DNA of 59,531 nucleotides, the filler included, from Asterionella formosa (Eukaryota): NCBI GenBank assembly GCA_002256025.1. It is 12 parts of 12 records of this genome, joined end to end, with 100 filler letters (N's around TTAATTAATTAA, not from the genome) between each part and the next. Parts side by side here need not be neighbours in the genome. Positions count along the whole stretch, not along the records: positions 34,705 to 39,594 come from NKIB01013313.1; positions 39,695 to 44,586 come from NKIB01013314.1; positions 44,687 to 49,575 come from NKIB01013315.1; 9 more parts are not named here. One strand, 5' to 3'. Below the pieces are notes generated by a model. That model made no database searches and had not been told where the DNA came from. It worked only from the letters and a program-made list of their open reading frames with translations. The stretch's first letter is position 1; each line of letters begins with the position of its first letter. This document shows, one piece after another, positions 36,416-49,575 of the stretch. The translations under genes were made by a program, and so were the position numbers.

Positions 36416-38838
36416 CTAGAGGTCATCATCATCAACTTCTTCATCCTCCTCATCTTCATAGAAAAAGTAATTTCCACTTTTCTTCTGTTCTGTATCCTTC
36501 TGGGAGCCTCGCTTGTTGATTCTGCAGTTGGTGAGATAATTCCATTTGTTAGAGGCAGTGATGCAGCATTCTACAAGTTGAAAAAAGACAAGCAGTCCAA
36601 ACTTGGTTGGAAATTAAAACATAAGACTTATTGCTCACAGTGCCAACACCAGTACGGCGCACATTGCTATGAATGAAAAGGCGTAGAGAAGATTTTTTCG
36701 TCATCCCAAGTGATAGGAACGAACAAAAACAGTTTACGTACCGAGGACGAAAGTTCACTGGGTCCCTTCTGAAAGTAACCTCAAGACTCTTCAAGAACTG
36801 GTTCATACCACTCAGCAACGACTGTGGAGCAGTGGCTGTTGCTTCGATACCGGGCTCTCCAGTGTAGACCACAACACGATCAGCAAGGTAGGTTGCCATG
36901 ATAAAATCGTGCTCAACAACAAATGCAGTCTTCTTACTGTGCATGATGAAACGCTTGATGACCTTTGCACAGTTGATACGTTGCTCGGAATCGAGATAAG
37001 CGCTGGGTTCGTCTATTAGATAGACATCTGCAGGGGTGCCAAGAGCTAGGACGATAGCCAATCGCTGAAGTTCTCCACCAGAGAGGTTTTGAACTCCGTT
37101 GTCGATGATGTTATCAATCATGAGAGGCTTCATAACATCAGAAATGAACTGGGGATGGATGCAAGAGTCTCGTATACGTTTGTGAAGCAATTCCATGACA
37201 GTTCCTTCGAACTTCGGAGAAATCTTTTGAGGTTTGTAGCTGACATTTAGGTCAGGGGCACCGGCTTGCGATGCTTCGTACATCAATCCCTCTGCTTCAA
37301 GCTTGACTTGTTCATCACTCTTCAACAAACCAGCAAGCATTCGCACAAACGTGGTCTTGCCAGTGCCGTTCTCACCCAAAAGCACAATAATTTCGGAGTC
37401 GGTGAAGGATCCCTCGTTGACATGCAGAATGAACTTAGAATCTTTATTTGTCTGTGTTTTTGTCATCGCAGGATAGGTGTATTGGTTCATAATATTGTTC
37501 TTTGACCCTTCCTGTTCAGCTTCCGCGCGCTCGGAGACCTGCATGTGTTTGGAGTTAGCGAAAATCGCAAAGATTATAGTAATTTCCACCCCGCAAGAAT
37601 CGTCATACCTTGAACGAGAGTGCGTCTTCGCGAAAACGTAAATTCTCTGTCGGAATGAATCCAGCCAAGAAGGCATTGATACCAATGCGGACACTGAAAG
37701 GCATTGTCACTACACCATAAGCTCCAGGTGATCCGTAAAGAACGCAAACAAAGTCACTGAGGTAATCCAAAACAGCCAAATCATGCTCGACAACCAAAAT
37801 ATAACGTCGGCCACCGTAATCGCCTTCCAACACTTGTCGAATCATGTGAGCAGCAGTCAAACGCTGTTTGACATCTAAATAGGAGGAAGGTTCATCGAAC
37901 ATGTACACATCGCTACACTGCACAGCCACAATAGCGATGGCGAATCGCTGCAACTCTCCACCGGACAAGACCCTAACATCACGATCCATGACGTGTTTCA
38001 GTTCAGCCATATCTGTCGCCCAATCCAAACAGTCCCAGCCTTCGGCTTCCGAACGCTACGAACACCAGTTGAGAACGGTATCTTTTCCGTCACGATATAA
38101 TAATTCCCTTCACCAGCACTTACCTCATCCTTCTGTTTGAGTATATCTGCAACCTTCCCCTTGACAGCCCGAGGAATGTGGTCGACGTATTGAGGCTTGA
38201 TGGTGGCCTTCATTGTATCTTCCAGGATTTTCGTAAAGTAGTTCTGAAGTTCCGATCCTCGGAAGTGGACTAAAATCTCTTCCCAGTCCGGAGGATTATC
38301 AAAACGTCCTAAGTTGGGTTTCATCTTCCCCGCAAGCACTTTGAGAGCGGTCGACTTCCCAATTCCGTTTGTTCCTACCAAACCCAAAACTTGGCCAGGA
38401 CGAGGCATGGGCAATCGATGCAACTTGAACGAGTTTGGTCCAAAGCGATGGGTTGTGTTCCTCTCGAGGTCCTTCGGTAGGTTGATGATAGCAATGGCTT
38501 CAAACGGGCATTTTTTAACGCAAATGCCGCAACCTATTGGAAGGGGGCAGACAAAGAAGAGGTGTGTCGTGTCAGTTTCTGAAGCCTCGACCACACTCAT
38601 CTGTGAGAGTCTTTCCGTTCTATTCCATGCACTTACCGATGCACAGAGGCTCCGAGATGAAGGCAATCTTGCTCTTCGCGTCGGCTTCAATACAAAGCTT
38701 GCCTAGCTTCACGACAGGGCATGATTTTTTGCACTCCTGACGGCACTTCTTGGGTCTGCACCGTTCAGAACTCACAATCGCGATACGACTCAACGCATCG
38801 GGTTCGTCGCTGGCCTTCTTCTTATTCTTAGGAGGCAT
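36416..38838 (-). CDS. ABCE1: ABCE1/RLI1 ribosome-recycling ATPase, 653 aa; exons 38637-38838, 38124-38533, 37609-38055, 36742-37538, 36416-36521
   Basis: Fe-S domain ([27 protein letters not shown]), two NBDs ([30 protein letters not shown]); four GT-AG introns splice in frame (1962 nt total). Confidence 0.97.
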
Positions 38839-39823
38839 ACTTGGACAGGAAGTGAGAGTATTGAGAGCAGTACTCTGTGTGTCCGCTCCTCGCTTTCTGT
38901 CAGTGTGATTCGATTGCTTCACTAGCGGCGGTACCAGTAGCGGGAAAAAGTGGTAAAATTCCTGATGGCAGCAGGGCGCGCGAGGGACAAAATTCGTCCA
39001 GCAAGAACGCACAACAAAGCAAAAGCAGGCAAGCGTTTTTAATAGTTAGACTCTAACACAGCACGGTAAAAAAGTATAAAATGTGTGGCTGATTGACTCA
39101 GGTCAGTACGTCTGTACTGCACTCCCCGAATGGAATCAAACTTCACTGTGAAGAAGTTGTAGGCACTCGGGATTTAGGAACAATGGATATTCAAACTGGT
39201 CGTGTTTGAAGGCCATGGATCCAATTGTATCATCATCTGTGTGCACATTTTTATGTATGTATCCAATCATTTGTCCCATACTGGTGCTTTATGGGGAAAT
39301 TTCCTTGCATCAAGTAGCTCACTCATACTTGGTGAATTACCAAGAAAATCCAAATCATCTTGACAATGTTTCTCATCAAAGAAGACATGCATTGCTCTGT
39401 ATTATGTGCCATGCTTATTATTATATAATATGGAGCAGTTTGCAGCATTTCTTTTCTTCTCATCTTGGGCAATAGGTTGCTGTCCATTTTTATCAATCTG
39501 GGGATATTTCTCAGAGTCATTGTCTATTAAAATGTTGGCAGTCACTGGATATGCAAAAGCAGACAATTGAGAAGGCGATAATTTTGGAATCAGTNNNNNN
39601 NNNNNNNNNNNNNNNNNNNNNNNNNNNNNNNNNNNNNNTTAATTAATTAANNNNNNNNNNNNNNNNNNNNNNNNNNNNNNNNNNNNNNNNNNNNACACAG
39701 CAGTACTAGTTATTTCTTTTAATATATATATTAGCTAGCTATATGTATGAACGTTATAACGTCAATCCTCACATTAAATTGGTAGACTGTAATTTCTTCT
39801 GGATTCGTGCACCTTATTCAATC

Positions 39824-40303
39824 ATGAGTGCCTCCCTAACCCCCAACGCGTTGTCTGCTCGGAATGAAGATGAAGACCTTTCTCTGGAGACGAGTGATCT
39901 TGTTTCCGTATTGAAGGGTAATTATTCTGGCGAAATTGGCCAGTTTGTATGCTACACGAAGGCCAAAGCGTTGGTCAATGTGTACGACAGGGTCTCCAAT
40001 AAATCAGTTCTCGACCATGCCCGGAAGCCTTCCGAAATCAAGAAAATCGTTCCTTGGGACAATACTTCTCCTTTACCTGAATACTTCGAATCCCTTTTGG
40101 AGGATGAGGTCTGGATTAAGAGCAAGATTGATCAGATTGCCGCACAAATCGTTGCTTGTGGTCTAAATCACGAATCGTCCAGCATTCTTCTCGATTATTT
40201 TCGTGATCATCTGTATCCCGCACAACTTGAGTGTACAGAAGTAAGGTACGACGCGTTAGCCGCAACTCTTGCTTCAGAAGAGCAGAATAGTATTAATAAT
40301 TAG
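39824..40303 (+). CDS. Hypothetical protein (~159 aa)
   Basis: Open frame from MSASLTPN...; no recognisable domain. Confidence 0.4.
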   Translation: MSASLTPNALSARNEDEDLSLETSDLVSVLKGNYSGEIGQFVCYTKAKALVNVYDRVSNKSVLDHARKPSEIKKIVPWDNTSPLPEYFESLLEDEVWIKSKIDQIAAQIVACGLNHESSSILLDYFRDHLYPAQLECTEVRYDALAATLASEEQNSINN

Positions 40304-40876
40304 TTGTCCTACCGGTACTTCAAAATTGAATACCAATTCTTTGTTTGTAGGCAAAGAATATATTATATCGGTAAGTATAAAATATAACTCAATGCATTGA
40401 GTCAATGCATTTGCCCCATCCCGCCCTATGAAAACTACCAGATAGCTAGTAGTACTATCCAACTTACATAATCATAAATTTATAATATTGTATATATGTG
40501 GGTGCAGGTCCATCACCAGACCACAATACCAATTTTAGAATACTGAATCAATTTCTTCTTGATTCCCATATGGTTATATTGTATGCTGATCCCTTAGTAG
40601 TACTACCGTAATAGCAGTGATATCTGTCATGTTGTAAATTCTGTGACATACCATCATGCAAAATAACTAACCGACGAGCAACAATGGTGATCTCGAACAG
40701 CCTAAGTGCATCCCGACTTGGGAAAATGATCCCCATTCTTCCAGTCCCACTTCCTGGCTGAGAACACATATCGTGTTGTGGTTAAATGAAGACTTCGAGT
40801 ACTGCTTGATCAGCATTGTGACCACACTCACCGTATTTTACTTCGTCATTTCCTACAAGGTCATGCCGAAGAAACC

Positions 40877-41990
40877 GTGAATGAGGACCTTGATAGTTCA
40901 TTGGACGTCATGTTTAGAGCTAGGAGACTGGAGTCAGTGAATTCGTCAACTTTCATTAAAAAGAAGGGTGGAAAGAAGATTGGATGGCATGCACTTATTA
41001 TTGATCATATCAATGTCAAGTTTGCTAGAAGCTTCGTTGATGAGGTTTGGCCTTCGAACCAATGTGACCGCATTAAACATCTCAACATTTTCCTACCAAA
41101 AGTTGCAGACGTGATGAAAACTGGCTGTTCATTTGATTATTGATGATGATTTCATGCCACAGATTGAAGGGACTCTATCTTCCAAGATATTTTTGTTGAA
41201 TTCGTCTTCCTCCCGGACCAATTTTGGGGCAATGCAGAAATGATGAGGCTACCAATTCACTCATCAAGCACACATTTGGTTCTAAAACTATACTCTGTCG
41301 TGATTGCTATAGGCAAATGACATGCAAGGTAATGTCATTGATTGCCTATGGAGCATTCACTGACAAGATGGTGATCTCGAATACATTATTTTCCAACAAC
41401 ATCGACATGTTTTGGAAAACTTTGTTTATGGTCATTCCCGGTCCTGTCCTGCAATCATTTGTAAGTGACGCAACATATGTCAGGACGATTATGCCTCACA
41501 CCTGCACATTGTTGCACACTGCTGTAAATCACTCTAATGTTCCTCAGGAGCCACATTTTGACTATCAGCACGCAGAACTGGTAGTCAATGACTTCGAAAA
41601 GTGCCTTCCTTGGGAATTGGATATGTCCCTAGGTGCTGGTGGTTTCTCTATAAATGTCTGGGATGGCGAGTCTTTTGAGTCTAACCACATTTTAGATCGA
41701 AAAGGTAAATGTAAAGCGGAATTCAAGCAACATGCCATGGAACATGTCAACCAACATGCGATGCTTCTTCGCATTCCCTTCAAGTACATCTTCTTAATGC
41801 GAGGTGATATGGTTCATGCAGGTGCTATGGGCGGATAATCACCTAACCGATGGTGCATTGAGACTTCACATGTATTTGTAGCCTGGTTCCACCACTCCAG
41901 AGCAAAACTCAGTTGCTATTTGCAAAAGATTCGGAAATGCCATTAACATAAATGCAAATGGTACGGAGCATATCACTCCATCACCAGTTT
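40877..41990 (+). pseudogene. 2-oxoglutarate/Fe(II) dioxygenase-like gene, disrupted
   Basis: QEPHFDY (HxD), RGDMVHAG (distal His), frameshifted LRLHMYL (2OG-binding Arg); stops at 41141 and 41836. Confidence 0.6.
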
Positions 41991-42408
41991 CGTTTTTGCT
42001 TGATTCCTATGGGGAAAGATGGAAGTAAGAATTTTTATATACTCATAAATAGTTACTAACAAAATGGTTATTTGTTTTTAATCAAGTACAGCCATTTGCG
42101 AGTAACCGCTGGTGTCGTTTCTTTTGCTCCATCGACCAAGTCGGACAGAAGTGTCATGTTTTTGACAAATCTCTTCGTTCCAACTCCTCATATTCAAAAC
42201 CGTTTGTTTCGTCGTTGTGGCAAGTTTTGTTGCGCAGAAAGTCACAAATAGGCGGGAAACATCCATCGACCAAGTCGGACAGAAGTGTCATGTCAGTTCT
42301 TGTCACGTCTCTTCGTTTCAACTCCTCTTATTCGAAACCGTTTGATACGGCGGGATACAACCAAGTCCAATGGTACCACCAGAATGCAGCAAAGTTCTCT
42401 TCCCATTC
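41988..42408 (+). repeat. Paralog of 10724-11034 with an internal duplication (ccatcgaccaagtcggacagaagtgtcatgt at 42129 and 42263)
   Basis: Direct sequence match. Confidence 0.88.
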
Positions 42409-42559
42409 ATGATCCTTGGGACTTCGTCATGTTGTGCTGGCGTTCTACCCCCTGCTCCATAACCACTCCTGCCATCCTGTCGCAAGCCGTTGCAACGCAC
42501 GATAATGGGTGATGCAACAAATTTTTCCGGTATGATCGATTCCAGCGCTTTGACTTTCA

Positions 42560-42681
42560 CAGCCTCTCTACAGAGCTGACAGAAAAATAGGGGAAAACAT
42601 CGTACCACCATAACTGTACATCGCAGCCTCTACAGAGCTGCGACAGAAAATAATAGGGAAAAACATAGTACCACCATAACC
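42560..42681 (+). repeat. Tandem duplication of a ~60-bp unit
   Basis: cagcctc(tc)tacagagctg...aaaacat.gtaccaccataac twice. Confidence 0.8.
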
Positions 42682-43072
42682 GTAGGTGCTACTTAAAGGT
42701 GCTGATAAATGACGTAGACATACTACCGGTAGTAACTCGTCAGCCTGGCTAATTATCGCGCCAGTTAAATTTATAAAAGCAATATTAAGATAACTAGGAA
42801 TGCCGTGCATCAACACATCACGAGCATTGATTGTCTCCAATAGTAGTACTTAGAAGTGGTGTCACTAGTAGCAGATCACAATGATTTTGTTGTTTTAACA
42901 AACTAGTACGTGTTAACTTAATTTTTGCCAAACCACCCCCACCATGTGGGCTAATCGACTCAATTCTGCATCGTTGTCTGATACAGACTCCATAACAGAC
43001 AATCCTGCATCGGATGGATACGACGATTATCAACTTGAGTAGTATAATGAATCGGAAGAGAGTGTCAAAGGA

Positions 43073-43800
43073 GATGGGAGGTTGACGGCTGAACAAGAAA
43101 GAGATAAACTCCAAATTCTATTGTCTGAGAGGAGTACACAGGAAATCAAGCGCCTACGTGAAGTAGCAGCTGAAAACAACCGTTTAACAATTGGAGTAGT
43201 AGGTGGAATTGGCCGGTGCAAACATTGGACAAACCTTCTGGCTAGCTGGGTCAGAGAGGAATTGTTTCCAAAAGTTAAATTCGTCACAGGTGATTATGAT
43301 TTGGAAATTAGGGAACCCGAAAGCATTGCTGATGCTGTTCGTTATCATTTCCCATCACTCAGAAATGGTACTGACGAAGAGTTTGAATCATTTTGGTTCA
43401 CATATAAGTGTGACATCAACAAAATTATGTCTGAAAAAAGGAATGCTGTTTAAACATCAATCAGAAAGGGTTTCAAAAGTATGTTCAAAATTAGGTGTCG
43501 TGCTTGCTGTTGGCTTCCTTTTCCAACCAATTGTTAATTATAAAAACAGGAATGGTTGAGGATGGAAAGTTACAGTTCCTTTCCCGGAATACGATTGCTC
43601 AGTCCAAGACAGAACCACCAGAGATGTTGGTTAAGTTGAAGAGCATCCCTTCATTATTCTAGTGAAGTACATTTTTTCTCGGGTAATGAAGTTTGGTGAT
43701 TATGCTAGCCAAAAAACACACAAAAAATATGGCCTCCATCATGACTGTATCGGATGAAGCATATGCCTTGCTCGTCTTAGAAAATAGTTGGGATGTATGA
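43073..43800 (+). pseudogene. Degenerate ORF, probably a transposon accessory gene
   Basis: WVREELFPKVKF...FW...EKRNAV* followed by TVSDEAYALLVLENSW; premature stops. Confidence 0.4.
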
Positions 43801-44864
43801 ACCCAGAACTATACAACTGGGGATACTGGTAATGAAATTGCTGGCAGTGATGGTGCATCTACAACGCCGATTATTGGTACAGCTGCAAGAAAAAAGGCTA
43901 GTCAATTATGATCACCCAAATTAATTTTTTGGGTGGCTCAATATGATGAATTTGGCTAGGTACATAATTTAAGGGTATGTCATCACATATAACATGTGAT
44001 GCATCACATAATATATATGTTAAGAGTGAACTAAAATAGTTTCGACAACTTCCATAATTATTTTAGAAACCCACACAATTTTTGGGGCCAACTAACAATA
44101 TTTTTGTATGTCTGATCACATAATTTCAGGATCAATGACCGCGATTTTTGTTCGCAACTATCAACTATTATTCCTATGAACGAGCAAAGCAAAATGGAAA
44201 TACTACTGCAATATTAATATTTTTGTTGCATCTAACAGAACTATATTTACATTCATGACTAGCTAGTGACACTGCCAATACGAGTGGTTGCATAAATTGC
44301 TGAACAGCATGCTGATATCACTGCTTTGCTTGCTTGTGTGGGCAATCTTCCAATCATTCTCCCACAACTTTCGATCCAAAGAAAACAGCATTAGCTGCTG
44401 TAACACTGGCATCTGGCTGATTGTAGTTGGCTGACAAGCAAAGATTCCTGAAAATAGGCAGGGGAGATATAAAAGCAATATGTTAGAGTGGCTTAATTGA
44501 TAACAACAATGATAAACACGCAAAACTATCTTGTTCTTACCTCGTTTTGCTATATCTGAGCTTCCACGCATAATTTTCAATTCTGTNNNNNNNNNNNNNN
44601 NNNNNNNNNNNNNNNNNNNNNNNNNNNNNNTTAATTAATTAANNNNNNNNNNNNNNNNNNNNNNNNNNNNNNNNNNNNNNNNNNNNCTACGTTCCCGGTA
44701 TACTAGCACAGCCACTGTGCGATACCCTGTACTGTCTTTCTCAAAATAAAGCCCACAGCATTTATACTGCAGGATAATATCACCCTGGTCCCAGGTACCA
44801 GGTACCTCGTTTGGTATGGACACTCTCTTTTAAGGTCAATCCTGCTTCGCCTGAATTATTCGCC

Positions 44865-45893
44865 ATGACATCGCTGTCTACAGCTGTACCACTGGCTCGT
44901 GACTTCCAAGCGAGGCGAGGGAAGGAAAAGCGTTCAACCCAACGTCAAACATCGATTGAAGCGTTCGTTGTCCTGAAAGGTGTCAGGGGAGCGAAAAAGC
45001 AAGCAAAGATGGATCAAGCGGTCTCGCTAAATGATTGCTCTCCTATAATTCTAGAGACTCCTCAGTCAAGCGATTCCTTCAAAGCATCAATTCAAGCACC
45101 CTCAATGTACCAAACATCCAAAAGTGACAATGAGCTAGATCAAGGGAACCACAACCAATTGCAACATCTTGTCTTAGTTCAAGATCAAGGGTCGAATGTA
45201 TTGACACAGAATCGGCCAACTCTTAAAAAATTTAAAAATTTGCAACAGATGTATTTGGATCTAGGCCAAGCCAACTTTGGGAAGCAAATCATTTGCCAGA
45301 CATGTGGAATGCTGTATGTGCATGGCCTATCGGAGGATTCGCTTCAACACGAACGCATTTGCCAAGACTATCGGCGGGGTGTACTGTTTCAACCTCCGTG
45401 GCCTCGAGTGGTAGGGAAATATGGGTGTGACATTGTGGTGGAGGTTCGACCATCTGATAGCTATGCGTCACAAGAGAAAGTCATGCGAGTTCGAACCATT
45501 GTCGACAATGATCTTGGTTTCAATTGCACAGCTTCAAGTGAACAGCGAAGTGCCTTTCTATACATTCGTGAAAAAAGAGTTGTGGGATTAGCAACGGCAG
45601 AAGTCTTGTCAAAAGCATACGTCTTAGAGTCGGCACGCCAGAGGTCACGGACAGCGAGTAAGGCAATGGTGGGTATTCATCAGTTGTGGGTGCATTCGGA
45701 CATGAGGAAACAGGGGGTCGCGACGAGGTTGGTGGATACAATTCGATATAAGTTTGTATTTGGGCTAACCGTACCTGCAAGTTTGCTTGCATTTTCTAGC
45801 CCAACTGAAGCAGGTGCTTGCTTCGCAAGGAAATATGCGCGAGCCAATGTTGGGAGCACGAGCTGTCAAGTACTTGTCTACGACTGTGTCTAA
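44865..45893 (+). CDS. ECO1: Eco1/ESCO cohesin N-acetyltransferase, intronless
   Basis: PIP-like QTSIEAFV, QMYLDLGQ, zinc finger CQTCGMLY...EDSLQHERIC, GNAT motifs GIHQLWVHSDMRKQGVATRLVD and AFSSPTEAG. Confidence 0.93.
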   Translation: MTSLSTAVPLARDFQARRGKEKRSTQRQTSIEAFVVLKGVRGAKKQAKMDQAVSLNDCSPIILETPQSSDSFKASIQAPSMYQTSKSDNELDQGNHNQLQHLVLVQDQGSNVLTQNRPTLKKFKNLQQMYLDLGQANFGKQIICQTCGMLYVHGLSEDSLQHERICQDYRRGVLFQPPWPRVVGKYGCDIVVEVRPSDSYASQEKVMRVRTIVDNDLGFNCTASSEQRSAFLYIREKRVVGLATAEVLSKAYVLESARQRSRTASKAMVGIHQLWVHSDMRKQGVATRLVDTIRYKFVFGLTVPASLLAFSSPTEAGACFARKYARANVGSTSCQVLVYDCV

Positions 45894-46587
45894 TCTTTTT
45901 TGGCCACAAGGGAATTACTAGTGAATTCTTCAACTAGTGGTTGCATTGCAGTCATAGCATTCTTTCTCGCTCCTATTCGGAGTAAGAAAATGCATGCCCT
46001 GAGGTACTAATGGTTCTGAATTACATTCAAACACAAAATATTTGAAGGTCTTGATAGAAAGTGGTGTGTACAGGCGTGGTACTTCTTCTCGGCAACAACT
46101 CGTCGAAAATGCCCCCATCCTCGCCATTTATCCACGAATTAAAACAAAAAAACAGACTCACCCCATGTAAAAACCAAAATGTGAGCATAAAAAAAGAAGT
46201 TTTCATCCACTCTTTGAGTCAGCAGGCAATTGATTACCAATCTGAGCAGTCTGTTTATAATACAAAATTCAAGAGTACAGAAGGCCGTTGATCAGCGAAC
46301 ATGTCGATGTTAAACAGTTCATGCATTCTATAGTACTTTCGATATGAGCAAAGTTGGCAAAGGGGGACAACGTGTTCCTGCTGTATCAGATGTGAGTCTT
46401 TCGCTCACAATAACTTATTAGATTATCACTGAGATCATTCTTGTTTGTTCTTTAAACTACATTTATTTCTACTAATATTCGGTTTCCTCACACTTCCCCT
46501 GCGCTAATACTGACTTCACATCTCCAGACAATTGTCTAACATTCCATGCTGGTCACTCAGACTGCAAGGACTGTCTCCTGCTCCAAT

Positions 46588-47570
46588 CATGGCAAACCCT
46601 CAACCCATTGTTGCACATGCTCTGTTTGTCTTCACTTTGAATCTTGCATTAACTAATCCCATGCCTCTAGACTACAACTCAAGTGAGGACATGAAGCTGT
46701 ACAAGGCCTGGATAGAAAGACTCCATCATACTTTTGAAAGCAAAACCGGAAACCTTCATTTTTCCTCCATACACTTCAGCAACAAGCGGACGCATATGGG
46801 TGGGCCAGAGTGTTGACTATTCCAGATGATCAAGACATCGGCCACAAACTCATTACTGAGTATGGCAGAATCACCATGGCAGATGTGATTGCTCATGCCA
46901 TCACCAATGAGCATATACCAACTCTTGATGCACAAAAGAGTGCACAGCTCTTTACATGTGTCTATGAGTCATTGTCCCTGGAGGCTACTCAAGGTTTCTA
47001 CTGACTCATCAACATAGTACCATCTGCCATCCCCAACCAATGCCGCCATTGTTGTGGCCAGTGGAACCTACTTCCTAAAGTTGATTGTCATGAGGTACAC
47101 AGTGGATACCAGGTCTATAATTGCCACTATCGGACATACACTTCATTCCTTGGATGAGGACATGCTGTCATTCAACTGCAAAATCAAATGTTTCAACCTA
47201 CATGTGCATGTTCAACATAATGCACTCATGTCCTGGGGAGATACCTACTCCAACTTATTGAAAAATTTGTACACCGTTTATGAGGCTGTTGAAGATAAGG
47301 CTTTTCATGATTACATGGTAGGGCGACAGGACCAACATCACAACAGCAGAATCGATTTTGATAAGGATTCTCTCATGGATCTTGCACTTAACAAATTCAA
47401 AATGTGGTCAAATCCAAAAGGTGGAACTGCCCTGCTTGGCTAAGGATGTAAAAATGGAGGCGCAAATTGTTGCCCTGACAGATAAACTAGAATATCTCAA
47501 GAATCACAAGGTCATGGCAATTGGTCGAACAAGAGGAATAAAAAATGGCAAAATGATAAGTGGGGTGTAG
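46588..47570 (+). pseudogene. Degenerate Copia-type gag
   Basis: Frameshifted PLDYNSSEDMKLY; LITEYGRITM; SAQLFTCVYESLS; GTYFLKLIV; FNLHV; DKAFHDYM, resembling diatom copia gag. Confidence 0.6.
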
Positions 47571-47636
47571 TATCTTGAGGACATCTACACATCTTTGAAC
47601 TGACTCACCATGTGTGCATAATTCCAGTATCCCTCC

Positions 47637-48700
47637 TTACTCCATACTCAAAGGAGATTTCTTGAGATTTTTTAGAGCAATTCCATAGACTTCTATAGCA
47701 GCTTCTTCGTCAGCATATTTAAAATTTAGTCTAGAATGATTGACTTGAGTTCTTAAAAGATTAATGTCTAGTTCCCTAATCAGTCCATGTTCTTGACAGA
47801 TCAGGGAACTAAGCATTAAACGGGAGCCCTCATCTTTAAGTAGAAGTTGTTTCTCACCGTTAGGTCCTGTCCACATCTAAGATGGCAGGAGGAATTGCTT
47901 GAAGATGGCCTCATCTTGGCCGAAAAAAAACTACAGGGTCATCGAGGCACTTTCTGACACTTAGGTTGCCGCCATACTGAACATTTGGCATTTTCCCAAC
48001 ATTATCAATGTGATACTCTACCATGTCTACACCAGAAGTGCTGCAGTGATAGCCTGTATCCTTTGCTACATATCCTTGTACCTCTAGTATCTTAGACTCA
48101 TCAATACTGAACTGAATCCATCTGTGTCGTGCCTGTACCTCCAAATCAAGATACCTCTTTGTATATGCTGGTCTATACTCCAAAGATGTGGCCTTCTCAT
48201 GACCATTTACAAAATATTGTTTGGCTCTGTTTTGGTACCTGAATCCAACAACATGCATCCAGCATACAATTGTAGACATGGATACACACTTCAATCCATA
48301 TCTCCTTAGAAAAGATTCATTTGTTGCTGCAGTTGCTTGTTGTGTCTTCGTCAAATGCCTGTCCCTGACTCGTCATTCTTGCTGGAATCAAGCTATCATG
48401 TACATATCTATGCATCAATTCGATGGAAAAATTCTTCTTTTAAATGCATCCATAGTATCTGGGTGCTCCTGGAAAAATGGTGATATTAATTGCTTGGCAG
48501 ATGGACAATTCGACACTGCCATAGCTGTAAAGGTCGCCAGTTAGTGTAAACTTGAACACCAACATCGTTCATTTCACTCATAGAGTGCATGATGCACTTC
48601 TTCCATGTCCATCTCATTCCAGCTTGTTCTTCATTTACAAACTTATGCAATGCAATCACCAAATACATACATTGTTGAATCATAAATATATCATTGGAGC
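47637..48700 (-). pseudogene. IS630/Tc1/mariner-like DDE transposase remnant
   Basis: STIVCWMHVVGFRY...YFVNGHEK...EYR; VFF(G)QDEAIFKQ...MWTGPNGE...KDEGSRLMLS. Confidence 0.6.
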
Positions 48701-49314
48701 TGCATGTATTTTCCTTACCCCTTCCTCAACAGCAAGTCTCCAATTGCTAGAATTCTGATTGACCAAGCCAAGTAGTTCAATTATGTCCATGACGATGTCC
48801 TTCACATTGCAATTATTGTCGAATTTTCAACATGGTGCAAAAAGGAGCAGGGCATCGCCAGAAGTCCACAGATACTCCTAGACTCCTAGTATTACTGAGC
48901 ATACTTACCACTGGGTACTCCAAGTATATCATATGAAAAAATCATATGCTCCAGAGTGCGAGGAACAACATTTACAAAGAAATTTTACTTGGGAACCTTA
49001 CTGGGAGTAATCGAAATCCATCCCAATCCTGCATAGCTGTGTAGTGTGTGAGTCCTGTGAATTTTTTAAATGAAAGATGATAGTGTAATAATTTGGTATG
49101 ATGTACAAAGTTCTGATTTCTGTCCTAAACACTGTGCTCTAAATAGGTACAGTCATAGTAGTAAAAAATGTGTACCAAGTCATTTTACAATACAGGACGT
49201 AATGTTGATGCAAAAGGTGTCATGAGCTACTTATTTTAATAACTTGGAGGCTTTCAGTTTGCATTCTTTATGAGTGCTTGCTCTTAATACATGTATAGGA
49301 AACGAAAATACCTA

Positions 49315-49575
49315 GTATTGGAATCCAATACAAGGTGAAAAAGTAATTTACCAAAACAAGGTTGACCTTGCATTGGCTAGCTTTTTCGTCATAAGGGTTG
49401 CAAATCGGAGCTCTCACCAATACAAGGAAATAGGCTTTTTTTCAATACAAGGTATTTCACGAAATGACCGGAATTTTTTCCAACACAAAGTATGAATAGT
49501 TTCTCCGAAATAGGGTTTAATAACCAATACAAGGTGAACTTTGTATTGGTTTTACTATTTAGCATCCACCTTGTA
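49315..49575. repeat. Cluster of CAATACAAGG motifs in both orientations (subterminal-repeat-like)
   Basis: Copies near 49327, 49418, 49443, 49525; inverted near 49367, 49539, 49569. Confidence 0.7.

Noticed and set aside
36356..38740. Plus-strand ORFs overlapping ABCE1 (and similar antisense ORFs over Copia, Gypsy and ECO1)
   Set aside because: Antisense shadows of real coding sequence with no independent motifs.
4998..41990. Plavaka transposase plus dioxygenase (or YR plus RT, DIRS-like) as one linked system
   Set aside because: Plavaka and the dioxygenase are on different contigs; the RT beside the YR belongs to a Copia with its own DDE integrase and LTR that inserted into the YR.
46308..46510. 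5' LTR and self-priming site for the gag remnant
   Set aside because: No second LTR to fix the boundaries and no convincing complementary segment found.
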